From Nemertoderma westbladi (lineage: Eukaryota > Animalia > Xenacoelomorpha), in the NCBI GenBank assembly GCA_032718475.1, contig JAUCBJ010007784.1, forward strand, positions 1-37,117: 37,117 nucleotides of DNA, given 5' to 3'. Of the stretch, positions 18,841 through 30,326 are shown in pieces. The position numbers and the translations under genes were made by a program. Numbering within the stretch: position 1 is the stretch's first letter; every line of letters begins with the position of its first letter. The notes under the pieces are model-generated. The model was given only the letters and a program-made list of their open reading frames with translations. It made no database searches and was not told the DNA's origin.

Positions 18841-21800
18841 AACCCGGAGTAGGCCCGACAGGCCAAGCAGTAGTGGAGAGAGAGGCAGGGGTAAGCGAAC
18901 CCAGCCGCAGTAGAAATATTGTGTCGACTGGAGAGGGGTGTAGAAGAGAAGGTAAAGGTAGCGGTGTGATATGTGGCGAGTGGGGGGGGGGGGGGGGGGC
19001 TACAGGAGCCCCACAACGAGAAGTTAGTGGTGAGGGGGGGGGGGCAGAGAGTGTCCCACAGCCGTCAGTGGATAATGCGCGGGCCGAATCAGGTAAACCG
19101 CAACACCCGGCGACGGAGAGTAATAGGGGGATTGCGAGTATCCCCAGCGGCGTGCGATCGAGCAGAGAGAAGCAGGTTGACGTCGAGAGAGGGCGGACGA
19201 AGCTTCGAGCCCGATCAGAAGAGGGAAGAAGAACAGTGGAGTTTAACCGGGAGGTCAACGAGAGATCTCATGAGCGGGAATACTGCACTGAGAGGAGAAG
19301 AAGAGAAGACAGCAGAAGAAGTATCGCCGCGAACGACAGGAGAGCGAGGACGGATAGCGAGCCGTCGGTGGTGGAGATGGAAAGGGAGAGTCGGTGGGGT
19401 CGAACTTCGGAAGATTGCCGTCGTCACGGAGAGACGCGACCTGACGAGACGCGCTACGCGTCGAGAGAGGGGTACGCGATGTACCGGCACGTAGACGAGA
19501 GTAGTAGAGAGGGTCGAAGAGAAACTTTCCGACGGGATATACCTACGGATCGAGAGTACGGTAACCGCGGGGAGGACTATTCGTGAGGAATAAACTTCGA
19601 TCCCGAGCGACACGTACAGACTGTAGGACATACTGTAGGCCTTACTGCACATACCATAGGCCATGCTGACAGGAATAATGTAGGCGATAGGATAGCGCGG
19701 ACGACGGAATTAAACCCGGAAGTTGCGGAGTACATACCGGCAGGTAGGCCAGAAGCTGATAGGCCTATACCGGTACCAATGCAGCAGTATGACTACAGCA
19801 CGAAAGGATACAACATATACCCAGGGGAGGGGGGAATTATTGCGGATAGGTGCATGGGCCCCAATATATTAACATCAACCCCAATACCAAACATACCGGT
19901 GGGGGGGGGGGGGGGGGACAGGGTGACATTCCCCCATCGCAATATCAACAATATACCCCGATAGGAGCAAGGACAATGAGACCATTGGATGAAAATAGGT
20001 CGTGTGACACAGAAATATGGAGGGGGCCGCTACCCCCAATGATATACCCAAGCCAAAGAAAGGCAGAAAATAATCTAAGAAAGGCAAAGAACGGGCGGAC
20101 CGCACCCAACAGGAGGAACTATACAACATCCATCGAATCCATTGGAAGCGCAGGCGATGGGGATGGCCACATTGATCGATGCATTAAAAACAAGGATCGA
20201 ATTACCACCCATGGAACCATTCAAATTCGATGGGAGTAGGCCGGAAGAATATCTCCAGTTTCGGCATATGTATAGTAACGAGATACTAACAAAGAACTTA
20301 ACGCAGGCGGAGTGCCTAAAGTATCTGCAAGTATACACAGGAGGCCCAGCATACGACATCGTGAGGCAATATCAGGGCATAGAGGGCGGCTTCACGATGG
20401 CATGGCGGGCACTGGACAGGGAATACGGGCACCCGGCCAAGATCATCAGGCAGACCCTGAGAGGCATAACATCGGGTGGCCTACAGGACAATCCCGTTAG
20501 CATCAAGACATTTGCGAACAAGGTCGAGAAGGCGCTAATCGTGTTAAAGACGCTAGACGCACCATACGAGCTCAACGCGTCCAACAACATCACCACGATA
20601 GCGCAGGCACTACCGATGTGGTTGCGCAACAAGTGGAGGAAAACCGCTTTCTCCACTCGAGATAGGAAGGGTGCGGAACCGGGTTTAGAAGAAATGTCAA
20701 GCTTCTTAAACTACGAAGCTGAACTAATAACCGACCCAGTCTATAGCGAGGATAGCCTGGGAAAGGGACCGAAGACGGATTACCATAGACCGAAACCAGA
20801 GCACAATACGTCAAACGCATTACCGAAGCTCAGGCAATCACTGCCATATGCAGCGACGCAGGGGACTGCAAGTCCACAGGTAGCCGAAGGTAAGACCACA
20901 CCATGGAACGGACAGGGGAACAATAACAACACGAATAAATATAACCCCAGTACGTCCAGTAGGCCGAATCCAAACAATAAGAATAGTAGGGACTTTGGTA
21001 CAAACGCAGCTGCGATACGCGATGCACTGTATAAGGAGGGCTACGACCCAAAGAGCAAATGCCAGCTACATACAAATGCGCTTCATCAAACCATGAACTG
21101 CAGGTACTGGCAAGCGCTACCTAGGGAAGATCAGATAGATTATGCGGCGAGGAACAAGATCTGCTCGCGATGTGTGATGAGTGGACATAGAGCTAGGCAA
21201 TGCAAGGAGACGCCGGTCAAGTTCGGTCAAAGGAAAGGCCAAACGATGGCAACGAGCACAGTAGGGGCGAAGAAGAGAGGAACGGTGCTACTTGGGGTAG
21301 TACCCGTGCGAGTGATTGGAGAAGGCAATCGATCAGTAACAACACTAATGCTGGTTGATAGTGGAGCTGCCTTCACATTAGTCGAGGATTGGGTGGCCGA
21401 AGAAATAGGATTGAGAACGAGGCCAAGTAGAATGGCGGTAACAACCATCTCCAGCAAAGATGAGGTCCTGGAGATGAGAACCGGACGGTGCACCATCGCA
21501 GCAATAGCACCAGGATGCGACTATGGGGCGAGCATCGACCCCATCCAAGTGATAGAGTCAATAAACATCAATGCCAGACGGCCAACCAACATCGAGGTCG
21601 AACAATATAAATTTCTGGATGATATTGACTTCTCAATCCCAGATGTGGACGTTAGGAAGGTATCCATCATAGTAGGAATGGACTGCCCAACGGCCCACGA
21701 AAGAATGCAAACGGTCTTCGGCGAAGACAAGCAGTGTGACCCGGTGGCAATACTGACACCATTCGGGTGGACGCTAAGTGGCCCAATCAAGAGCAAGATA

Positions 21801-24800
21801 CCATTTAGGATGTCGGAGACATCAGGATGCATGTTCGCGGGAACTATGCAGGAAATGAGTGATGAGAGAGCAGAGGAGCAGCTTAAAAGACTGCTCAGAC
21901 AGGATTTTGAAGGATTAAAGGAGACCGGGGTCGGGACCTCGGTGGAAGACAAACAGGCTCAGCAGAGCGTAGAGGAGTCTATGAAGTGCGACGAGGGGCG
22001 GTACACCATAGGAATGGTATGGAAACTACCGAAGTTACCACTGCCCGATAATAGAGGGATGGTACTCACGAGACTCCGCAAGCTGAAACAAACACTAAAA
22101 CGGAGCCCCGAGAAGAATGAGTACATCCACAGAACGATTAAGAAGTACGTCGAGAAAGGATGGGCCGTGGAGTTACCGGTCGACGAACCAAACACGGACA
22201 GGACATATTACCTGCCACTCCACGTGGCTTTAGACCCAAAGAAAGGTAAACTGCGGATGGTAGTTGACGCATCGGCAAAGACCAACGGAAAATGCTTAAA
22301 CGACTATCTGTTAGAAGGTCCAAACATATACAACTCGGGGATAGAGGTCCTACTTAGATTTAGAAATGGGAAACACGCCTTCACGTGTGACATAGAAGGC
22401 ATGTTCAACCAAGTCCGTGTAACGGAGGAAGATAGCGACAGTCAACGCTTCTTATGGTATAACGGCGAGGAAGAACCGTCGATAATACCGCGTACAAGAT
22501 GGTAGTACAGAACATGGGAGCCAAGTCGTCTTCATTTACGACGACTATGGCAGTGAGAGATACAGTGAAGGGGAAGGAAGATAGATACAGCACTAGGGCC
22601 GTCGATATGATTCGACGCGGCTTCTACGTAGACGACGGAATGGAGTCTGGAAATACGGTTAAGGAGATACTGGACACAGGGCGCGAGGTTCGCGACATCC
22701 TAAAAGGATCCGGCTTTAACCTGACCAAATTCCAATCCAGTTCGGAGGAATTTATCAAGGCGATAGAGGACAAGAGACCAGAATCGACCATGGATAATCC
22801 CACAACAGCCAAAGGGCAGGACATGGCGAACAAGAGGACAGAATCTCAACAGAAGGCACTGGGAATCGTGTGGAACAGAGAGACAGACGAACTGAAGTAT
22901 CAGCTGAGCCAGGAGGGCGCAGACATCCACACGAAGAGGGGCTATGTGTCGTATATAGCAAGGATATACGATCCCCTAGGTCTAGCATCCCCACTATTAG
23001 TCACGGGGAAACAGATACTCAAGAGAGTATACAAATTGAAGGATGAGTGGGACGTAGAGGTACCAGAGGAGATCAAGAAACAGTGGTGTAAGTGGACAGA
23101 AGATTTGGAGAAGATGGGAACATACAACATGCCACGAGTGTATTTCCCGGATGGGAACATGACGAATCTGGACCTACACATGTTCTCCGATGCGTCGTTG
23201 GAGGCGTACGGAGCGGCACTTTATTTAGTACAACGAGAGGGGGCTCACAAGCCCAGACTGGCCTTTAGCAAAGCAAAGTCAACGCCGCCAGATTCAGCAT
23301 CAGTTCCCAAATTAGAATTGACAGCTGCGAGACTAGGAGTTAGAGCCACAGCCTACCTAGTGGATACTATTCCCAACATAGTGGAGACACACTACTGGAC
23401 GGACTCCATGGTAGTGCTTGGTTGGCTACATAACGAAAGGACGAGATACCCAATATTCGTCGCGAATAGGGTGGACGAGATAAGGGCGACCACAGAATTG
23501 GAAAGGTGGCACTACTGCCCGACGGACGAGAACCCAGCGGACTTGTTATCAAGGGGCGTGGCACGCCACACTTTCTTAAAAAAGGAAGGATTGTGGCAAC
23601 ACGGGCCGCAGTTTCTGAGCGACAAGGAGGCCTGGCCACCGATGAGAAAGGTGGACCCGGACTCAGGAGAGGTAGTGTCAGAAGGAGAAGAGGGAGATTC
23701 AGAGGGAGAAGAGATATACTCCCAGATGGTGAGGGAGATAAGGGACGTGCAACCTAAACCAGAAGAACTGTGCGATAACCCGACAGATAAACTCCTCAGC
23801 TACAGCTCTAGTTGGTATAAGACCAAGAAATTAGTGGCGTACTGGAGAGCCTTCGGGAATTTCCTCGCGGGAGTTGGCAAAGACAAGAAGATCAGGACAA
23901 CCATAGACCTGGAAGGAGCGGCCAAGGCAGTCATCCGCTATGAACAACGGAAGAACTATGGCGACGAGGTAGAACGCGTCGGTAAACAACAGCACCTTCG
24001 ACGGGACAGCGAGCTGATCACGATGTCGCCACAACTTAATGACGATGGGATTCTAGTAATGAATTCTAGGGTGCGATACAACAACAGCATAGTCGTACCA
24101 CCGAAACCCATCATCATTCCCATAGGATCGCCAATAGTCCACCAGATTATCTGGGACTCCCACAAGTCGATATTGCACGGGGGCACAAACCGAACTCTCA
24201 CGGAGATAAGGAGGACCTTTTGGGTCAAGCAGTTGAGGAAGAAGGTAAAAGCGGTAGTGGGGCAGTGCCAGACCTGCCGACGAGCGAAGAAGGAGCGAGC
24301 CATACAAGAGATGGCACCACTACCAGCGAGTAGAGTAAGACAGCACGACCCGCCATTTACACATTGCGGTGTGGACATGTTCGGGCCGATAAAGATCAAG
24401 GTGATGCGGCACACGGAGAAACGCTACGGTATTATCTTCATATGTAACAACACGCGGCGGTAGGGATAGAACTCGCCCAAGATGCGACCGCATCAGCATT
24501 TATTGATGCATTAGAAAGATTCAGAGACCGCAAAGGTGGGACGATCGCAGTAATGTACTCCGACAGCGGAACCAACTTTGTGGGAGCAGAGAACGAGATG
24601 GCAGAGGCCTTGGAGATCTTGGAAGGAGAGGAAGTCAGGGCAGCCATGAGACGATGACAAGTAAAGTGGGAGAGAAGGACGCCGTATGCACCGCATACAC
24701 TAGGATGCGTCGAGAGACTGGTGGGCAGTTCAAAGCGTCTCATGACGAAGTAATGAACACCCACATGGTCACCGAGGACGTCTTAAGGACAGTGCTTGCG

Positions 24801-25375
24801 AAGTGCGAGGGTATCATTAATAGCAGACCGCTATATCCGGAGAATGATGACCCTGAGTCATTAGATGTGCTGACACCCAGTCACTTTCTAATGGAAAGGC
24901 CAGCGACCATCGATATGCGGGGTGTAGACCCAGATGACATACACTCCCGCCAGAGTTGGAAGGTCGCTAAAGCAATAAGCGCAGAGTATTGGAGGAGGTG
25001 GGTTGAGGAATACCTACCCACGCTTCACAAAAGAAGCAAGTGGAGGAAGTCGAATAGGGAGTTAAGAGAGGGAGATCTCGTAATCGTTACGGATGATACT
25101 ATCATCAACAACCAGTGGCGGTTGGCGAGAGTCGTAGGCACTTACTCCGATGAGGACGGAAGAGTCCGATCGGTAGAAGTGCGGATAGGTGGCAAGATCG
25201 GTGCGAAAGACAGGAAAACCTACAGGAGAGCTGTAGGGAAATGCTGTCTATTAGAAGGGGCACCTTAGGGTGGAGTTAGAGTGTAGTTTAGTCATCCAAG
25301 TTTGGACTGAGGGGGGTGGGATTGAGGGCGAGACGCCCTTCCCACACATAAAATAAAAATAAAATAAATAAAAAT

Positions 25376-26080
25376 TAGTTAGCTAGTCAGTTAGGAGGTA
25401 CGTAGTACCTAGAGTTAGTCGGTTAGAAGGTACATAGTACCTAGAGTTAGTTAGTTAGTTAGTCAGTTAGGAGGTACGTAGTACCTAGAGTTAGTTAGTT
25501 AGTTAGTCAGTTAGGAGGTACGTAGTACCTAGAGTTAGTTAGTTAGTCAGTTAGTCAGTTAGAAGGTACGTAGTACCTAGAGTTAGTTAGTTAGTTAGTT
25601 AGTCAGTTAGAAGGTACGTAGTACCGTTAGTTAGAGAGTAGTAAGAGGGTACGTAGTACCGTTAGTGGAGTTAGAGTGAGAGTTAGAGGGTACGTAGTAC
25701 CGTTAGTTAGAGAGTAGTAAGAGGGTACGTAGTACCGTTAGTGGAGTTAGAGTGAGAGTTAGAGGGTACGTAGTACCGTTAGTTAGAGAGTAGTAAGAGG
25801 GTACGTAGTACCATTAGTGGAGTTAGAGTGAGAGTTAGAGGGTACGTAGTACCGTTAGTTAGAGAGTAGTAAGAGGGTACGTAGAACCGTTAGTGGAGTT
25901 AGAGTGAGAGTTAGAGGGTACGTAGTACCGTTAGTTAGAGAGTAGTAAGAGGGTACGTAGTACCGCTAGTTAGAGAGTAGTAAGAGGGTACATAGTACCG
26001 TTAGTAGAGTTAGAGTAAGAGTTAGAGGGTACGTAGTACCGATTAGTAAGAGATAGAGGTAGAAGGGTATACATAGTATA
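25376..26080 (+). repeat. Tandem array of 17 GGTAC-GTA-GTACC mini-hairpins with TTAG/AGAG spacers
   Basis: Copies from about 25397 to 26028; first block has variable (TTAG)n spacers, second block alternates 35- and 41-bp units. Confidence 0.92.
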
Positions 26081-26518
26081 GATATTAGTCAGTAGTCAGT
26101 AGCGAGAGGGGGGCATATGAGTACAGATGGATAGATCGTGTAGGCCACGCGACATATACTGCTGTACTGCACAGGCCCATAGCGTAGGTCAGAATGTGGA
26201 TTATGAAATAGAATAATCCATAAGCAGTAAATAGTGGAAATAGATTAGAAATAAAATAGAATAAATAGGGCTAAAAATTACAAATTATGGTAACAGGAGG
26301 GAAATTATTCTGGAACATAATTAAAGCAACGGACAGAAATTGCAAATAGGGCACATTTGTTAGCTACAAAATTAAGTAATAGAAACTAGGCTAAAAGGCG
26401 TAGTTAGATAGAAAATAGGCCATTCTCGGACTGTGCAGACCATCAGAAACTTATCACTCATCTGTACTGCGCCTTGGTAAGGCACCACCTTACAGGTGAG
26501 CGAGTGAGAGTGTTCGGA

Positions 26519-28795
26519 ATGGCGGGAAAACTGATCAGAAAGAGTAAAGCGGAGTCAGGAGGAAAGGAGATACTGGTGGATTTCACCAAGAGGCATCCGG
26601 AGGAGAGGACGAGAGGATACTACGAGAGGTTGGAGAAGGGTCACGCGGCACGAGCGCTGCAGGACCACTTCCGGGAGATGCACGAACAGCGGCTGGTCGG
26701 GACCTACGGGACGCCGTCGCTGGACAACGCAATCTTCCAACACTTCCACTACGTGATGAAAGGGGACGAGGCGAAGTTCGGGATTCCGAAGTACCCGAGG
26801 GAGTCGCCAAAGAAGGATTGGAAGAGGTTCATAGAGTCCGTCAACAGGGGAGGATATATGATCTTAGACGACGAGGGAACCGTGGAAGACGAGGAGGGTT
26901 CGAGACGAGGATCAGCGGGGTCGGCCAGGACCATACTCCTACATTTGGCCGCGCCAAATGGGGACATTTTCTTATTCGATCTAGGAACGTATGGGAAAAA
27001 GGACAGGCCGAAGTTAAGCCGGTTGCCGAAAGCGGTGCAAGTCTTGGTAAGAGAGAAGTCGACGACGAAGGTGGGATCGGCGATTCGCGAGGACGCGGAG
27101 AGAATCATCGGTCCGGACGCCACCAACCTCCTGGATATGCAGAAGGTCTTCATGGCTATGACGGCACCAGATGGGTTGGGAGTAGTCGGGAACACAGGCC
27201 AATGCGGGGCGGTGGCAATGGGCCAGCTATTGGGGCTCGTATGCCACAAACCGATGGACTGGGGGAAGTTCAGGGAGGAATACGGAGCAGAACTAGCGAA
27301 CTCGCTAAAGTGGGGAGCGAGACCGGGAAGGCAAGAGGTGTATCAATTCCGCAGAGGAGCGATAAAGGTATATCAGAAGCGATATATCCTGCAAGAAGAT
27401 TGGACAATGATAAGTTTACTTAACTTATTCATGACCGTGGTTATCGAGAGGGAACCAGCGGCATTTCTGTTATCGGGATCACCCCTAAGCTACAGGAGAG
27501 CCTTTAAGACGGCCTTCGATGGTCTGGTAGACCACCCGGGGCTGAAGGGCGAGTCGGTGTACTACAACAGCCAACATCTGATAGACGGGGAGACAGATAC
27601 GCCGTATCAGAGATGGGAGCAGCTAGAGATGGATAGACGAGAGGCAAAGCGACTGGAAGAAGTCGCTAGACGGGAGAGGATAGAAGCAGAGGAGAGGGAG
27701 GAGGAGGCCAGGACGCAGAGTTACGGCTTCGAGGAACAGGCAGGCTTAGACGAACTTCGTTGGACTTCATCAGGGAGTTCGGGGGAGTCTCTAGGGCGAG
27801 AACTGGGATGGACGGTGGGATCGCCAAAACAGTCGACGTCGGGGTTGCAAGCGATGCCCATACCAGCAGGCGCCGAAGGCAACCAACCGCCAAGGAAGTT
27901 AAGGGAGCTAGAGGGATGGAGAGCTACGGGCGAGAGCCAAGGCGGGAAGGGACATAGTGGATCCATCGGGATACCGGGGTTGGAGCCACTGCCAGAGGAG
28001 GAGGAAGACGACGACGAGTTCGGAGAGGTGCCGCCCATCGAGAGGATTGGCCACTCGGACACGGACTGGGTTGGCGGGAGGGTGGTGACGGCCAGTGGGG
28101 CGAGGGCCTTCTGGGATAGACCCGGCAAGCGGGCCTGGGTGCACGAGGAGCCGGCGATGGATTTCGCGGGGAGCACTATCAGGTTGGGCGAGCAACTGGG
28201 GACGGCACCACGGGTAGTATTCGGGGAGACGATGCCCGAGAGGGGCGAGGAGATCGACGTAGACAGGGACACCAACGTGCAAAAGTTCGCCTACCAGCGA
28301 CTCCACCGACCGCAGAGATCGCTTTGGACGAAAGACGACGTGGGGCGGGAGACATTGGTATTCGGCTGCGATTACTGTGGGAGACAGACCCACCAGGAAA
28401 GGAGCTGTTTGTATCGATTCCAAAAGGGGACCTTTTGTCTCTACTGCCGCGAGTCGAGCCACAGGATGGGGGCGTGTCCACGGTTGCATAACCGATGTCC
28501 GAAGTGCAACTTTCGGGGACACTACGGACGCCAGTGCGATTGGATGGACGACGAAGAGAAGTTCAGAAGATTCGAGGAGTGGGCCGACGTCGGGGCCATG
28601 ACGCGCCAGCGCATGAAGGCCCAGGAATTCAATTGGGGGTTTCTTCCTTATCAACCAGGAGGCTCACATGGAAATCATAAAGCGGAGGCTACCGTTTACC
28701 TATCAAGAGGTAGCAACGGCGGCGTCATATGCCGGGGTGATGAATACACAAAGTTATTTGGACAGGTGGATGCCACAGAACCGAGGGGAGTTTAG
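26519..28795 (+). CDS. Extra ORF of element C: DEDDy-like 3'-5' exonuclease (RNase D/WRN/EXD type) plus three CCHC zinc knuckles, 758 aa from ATG 26519
   Basis: ExoI ILDDEG (26861), LLHLA...IFLFDL, LPKAVQVLV...KVGSAIRED (ExoII, 27068-27094), LLDMQ, ExoIII-like QKRYILQED (27374); CDYCGRQTHQERSC, CLYCRESSHRMGAC, CPKCNFRGHYGRQC. Confidence 0.8.
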   Translation: MAGKLIRKSKAESGGKEILVDFTKRHPEERTRGYYERLEKGHAARALQDHFREMHEQRLVGTYGTPSLDNAIFQHFHYVMKGDEAKFGIPKYPRESPKKDWKRFIESVNRGGYMILDDEGTVEDEEGSRRGSAGSARTILLHLAAPNGDIFLFDLGTYGKKDRPKLSRLPKAVQVLVREKSTTKVGSAIREDAERIIGPDATNLLDMQKVFMAMTAPDGLGVVGNTGQCGAVAMGQLLGLVCHKPMDWGKFREEYGAELANSLKWGARPGRQEVYQFRRGAIKVYQKRYILQEDWTMISLLNLFMTVVIEREPAAFLLSGSPLSYRRAFKTAFDGLVDHPGLKGESVYYNSQHLIDGETDTPYQRWEQLEMDRREAKRLEEVARRERIEAEEREEEARTQSYGFEEQAGLDELRWTSSGSSGESLGRELGWTVGSPKQSTSGLQAMPIPAGAEGNQPPRKLRELEGWRATGESQGGKGHSGSIGIPGLEPLPEEEEDDDEFGEVPPIERIGHSDTDWVGGRVVTASGARAFWDRPGKRAWVHEEPAMDFAGSTIRLGEQLGTAPRVVFGETMPERGEEIDVDRDTNVQKFAYQRLHRPQRSLWTKDDVGRETLVFGCDYCGRQTHQERSCLYRFQKGTFCLYCRESSHRMGACPRLHNRCPKCNFRGHYGRQCDWMDDEEKFRRFEEWADVGAMTRQRMKAQEFNWGFLPYQPGGSHGNHKAEATVYLSRGSNGGVICRGDEYTKLFGQVDATEPRGV

Positions 28796-29084
28796 GGATT
28801 TCCTGGCGGAGCACGTGCCGCGGGCAATGAAGATGATCATATGGGACGCCACCAGGGGGAGACAACAGGGCCACTTGGAGGGGCCACCCGCGAAGCGATA
28901 TCGGGAGCTGATAACACCAGCACCCAGGGAGCCAACGACCGGGATCAGTAAGGAGGTGGCGGCGAGAGTCCGAAGACAGAAAGCGGATCCCAGAGGAGCG
29001 GTAGTGACCAGGAAACGACCCAGGGAGGAGGACGGCAAAGGGAAAGACTTGAGGTGGTTCCCAAAGTCAGGGGGGATGAACTGA
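28668..29084 (+). CDS. Small basic ORF (138 aa) overlapping the end of the extra ORF; possibly a frameshifted C-terminus
   Basis: Same GC/purine-rich composition as the extra ORF until 29084; NLS-like PPAKRYR and RKRPREE. Confidence 0.4.
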   Translation: MEIIKRRLPFTYQEVATAASYAGVMNTQSYLDRWMPQNRGEFRDFLAEHVPRAMKMIIWDATRGRQQGHLEGPPAKRYRELITPAPREPTTGISKEVAARVRRQKADPRGAVVTRKRPREEDGKGKDLRWFPKSGGMN

Positions 29085-29749
29085 GACTTCAATGTGGTAC
29101 GCCTGGAAGGCGCCACGTGGGACGTACGAACTATTAAGTACAAATTCAAACTGATGCAAATAATTAAATAAGTGCAATTTATATGTACGTACGTAGTAAT
29201 CAGTAGTTTAGCAATGAAATATACGTTCGAAGTAAGTACTATAGTCATTCAACCTTTCTCAATTAGCTACTGGGACTGGGGGGCTAACTGACTATGGCAC
29301 TATGGACGAGACACCAGACGACTTCACATTTCTTGAGTGCGATGGCACAAAGGGGGAGTGAGATTCGTCAGAAGGGATAGGGTAGACAAAGAGAGGTCGA
29401 GTAGAGGTGATAGTGCAGAGCGCAGAGAGAGTGCGGATGCAATTCAACTGTGTGGGAGGAATAAGAGGCCGAGTGAGGGACAGGGAAGTCCGGGAGTTAG
29501 AGCGGTAGTGAGGAGAAGTAGAGGAGAGTCAGGGTGAGAACAAAGTAGAGTTAAAGTGGCGAAGTGTTGGGGAAACAAAAGTCGTGTGAGGAGCGCACGA
29601 CCGGCCCGACATGGGACGCCAGGCGAACCGGGTAGCGATATCATACCCATAGGGAGCGGCCTGGAAAGCCGGCTCCGAGAGAAAATAGTTCCACCCCACA
29701 CCCGATAATAGATCGGGATCCAGCGGAATTGTAGCGCACTTTTAGGTGG

Positions 29750-29787
29750 ATGCTATCTTCTCACCGGGAAGATAGCATGGGGGGGAG
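29750..29787 (+). promoter_or_regulatory. Hairpin plus polypurine tract of element C
   Basis: ATGCTATCTTC-tcaccgg-GAAGATAGCAT followed by GGGGGGGAG|TGT. Confidence 0.85.
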
Positions 29788-30315
29788 TGTTAGCTTATTC
29801 AATTCCGCTAACACCCCACAAAGTCAACCGTTAAGCAATATTGGGGGCCACGAGATTGGGTAACCAATAACTCGTGTCACCCCAACAAAATGGGAAGGAG
29901 AAACACAAGGGTCAGGGGCCAAACCCCTAACCGAGAGAGAATAGGTGGAGTGAACGGGAACACTCCAAAGGGCGCCAACAGGGATATTAGCCAATCAGGG
30001 GGGGGAGGATCGGCTAGGTACTGTAGCAAGGCCAAACCGTGCAATACAGTATATCATTAGGTACCAGTAATCATCTCATTCAGTTATCTCAGTGTTATTT
30101 GTGTTACAGTAGCAATAGTTTAGCTAGGGAAGTACCGTGACTTCAATTACCGTTTCCCGCCTTCCGTGTACAACAACATATTATCAGTTATCTATATCTA
30201 TATACCCGAGTATTATACACGACGAATAACGCAAACTCTTTCATCTTTCACACACGGCGGGGACGCGTGAATTGACAAACCGGATAAACCGGGATCCTTC
30301 CTGGATCCCGTCACA
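29788..30315 (+). repeat. 3' LTR of element C
   Basis: Direct repeat of 16069-16594 with a few substitutions and two small indels. Confidence 0.97.
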
Positions 30316-30326
30316 TTAACTCTTAC

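Larger units (their letters stand above)
16663..25268 (+). pseudogene. BEL/Pao gag-pol, broken by roughly ten stops and frameshifts
   Basis: Pieces 16832-18523, 18591-19586, 20142-22505, 22499-24463, 24654-25268. Motifs: LPPMEPFKFDG, LVDSGA, KLRMVVDAS, DIEGMFNQV, FYVDD, FSDAS, VPKLEL, NPADLLSRG, H....H..C..C, GVDMFGP, SDSGTNF (out of frame), LTPSHFL, YWRRWVEEY. In-frame TGA at 19584 and 24655. Start ATG 16663 is inferred. Confidence 0.92.
16069..30315 (+). mobile_element. Element C: full-length 14.2-kb BEL/Pao LTR retrotransposon with an extra 3' region and ORF
   Basis: TGT...ACA LTRs (526 and 528 bp, roughly 98% identical), 5-bp TSD TTAAC (16064-16068, 30316-30320), PPT, BEL-type gag-PR-RT-RH-IN. 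Confidence 0.97.

Noticed and set aside
25376-26080. CRISPR array or telomeric TTAGG repeat
   Set aside because: Spacers are themselves repetitive and low complexity; the motif is mostly TTAG, not TTAGG, and is internal to an LTR element
26474-28795. env gene
   Set aside because: No signal peptide, clear transmembrane anchor or fusion-protein pattern; nuclease and knuckle motifs are present instead
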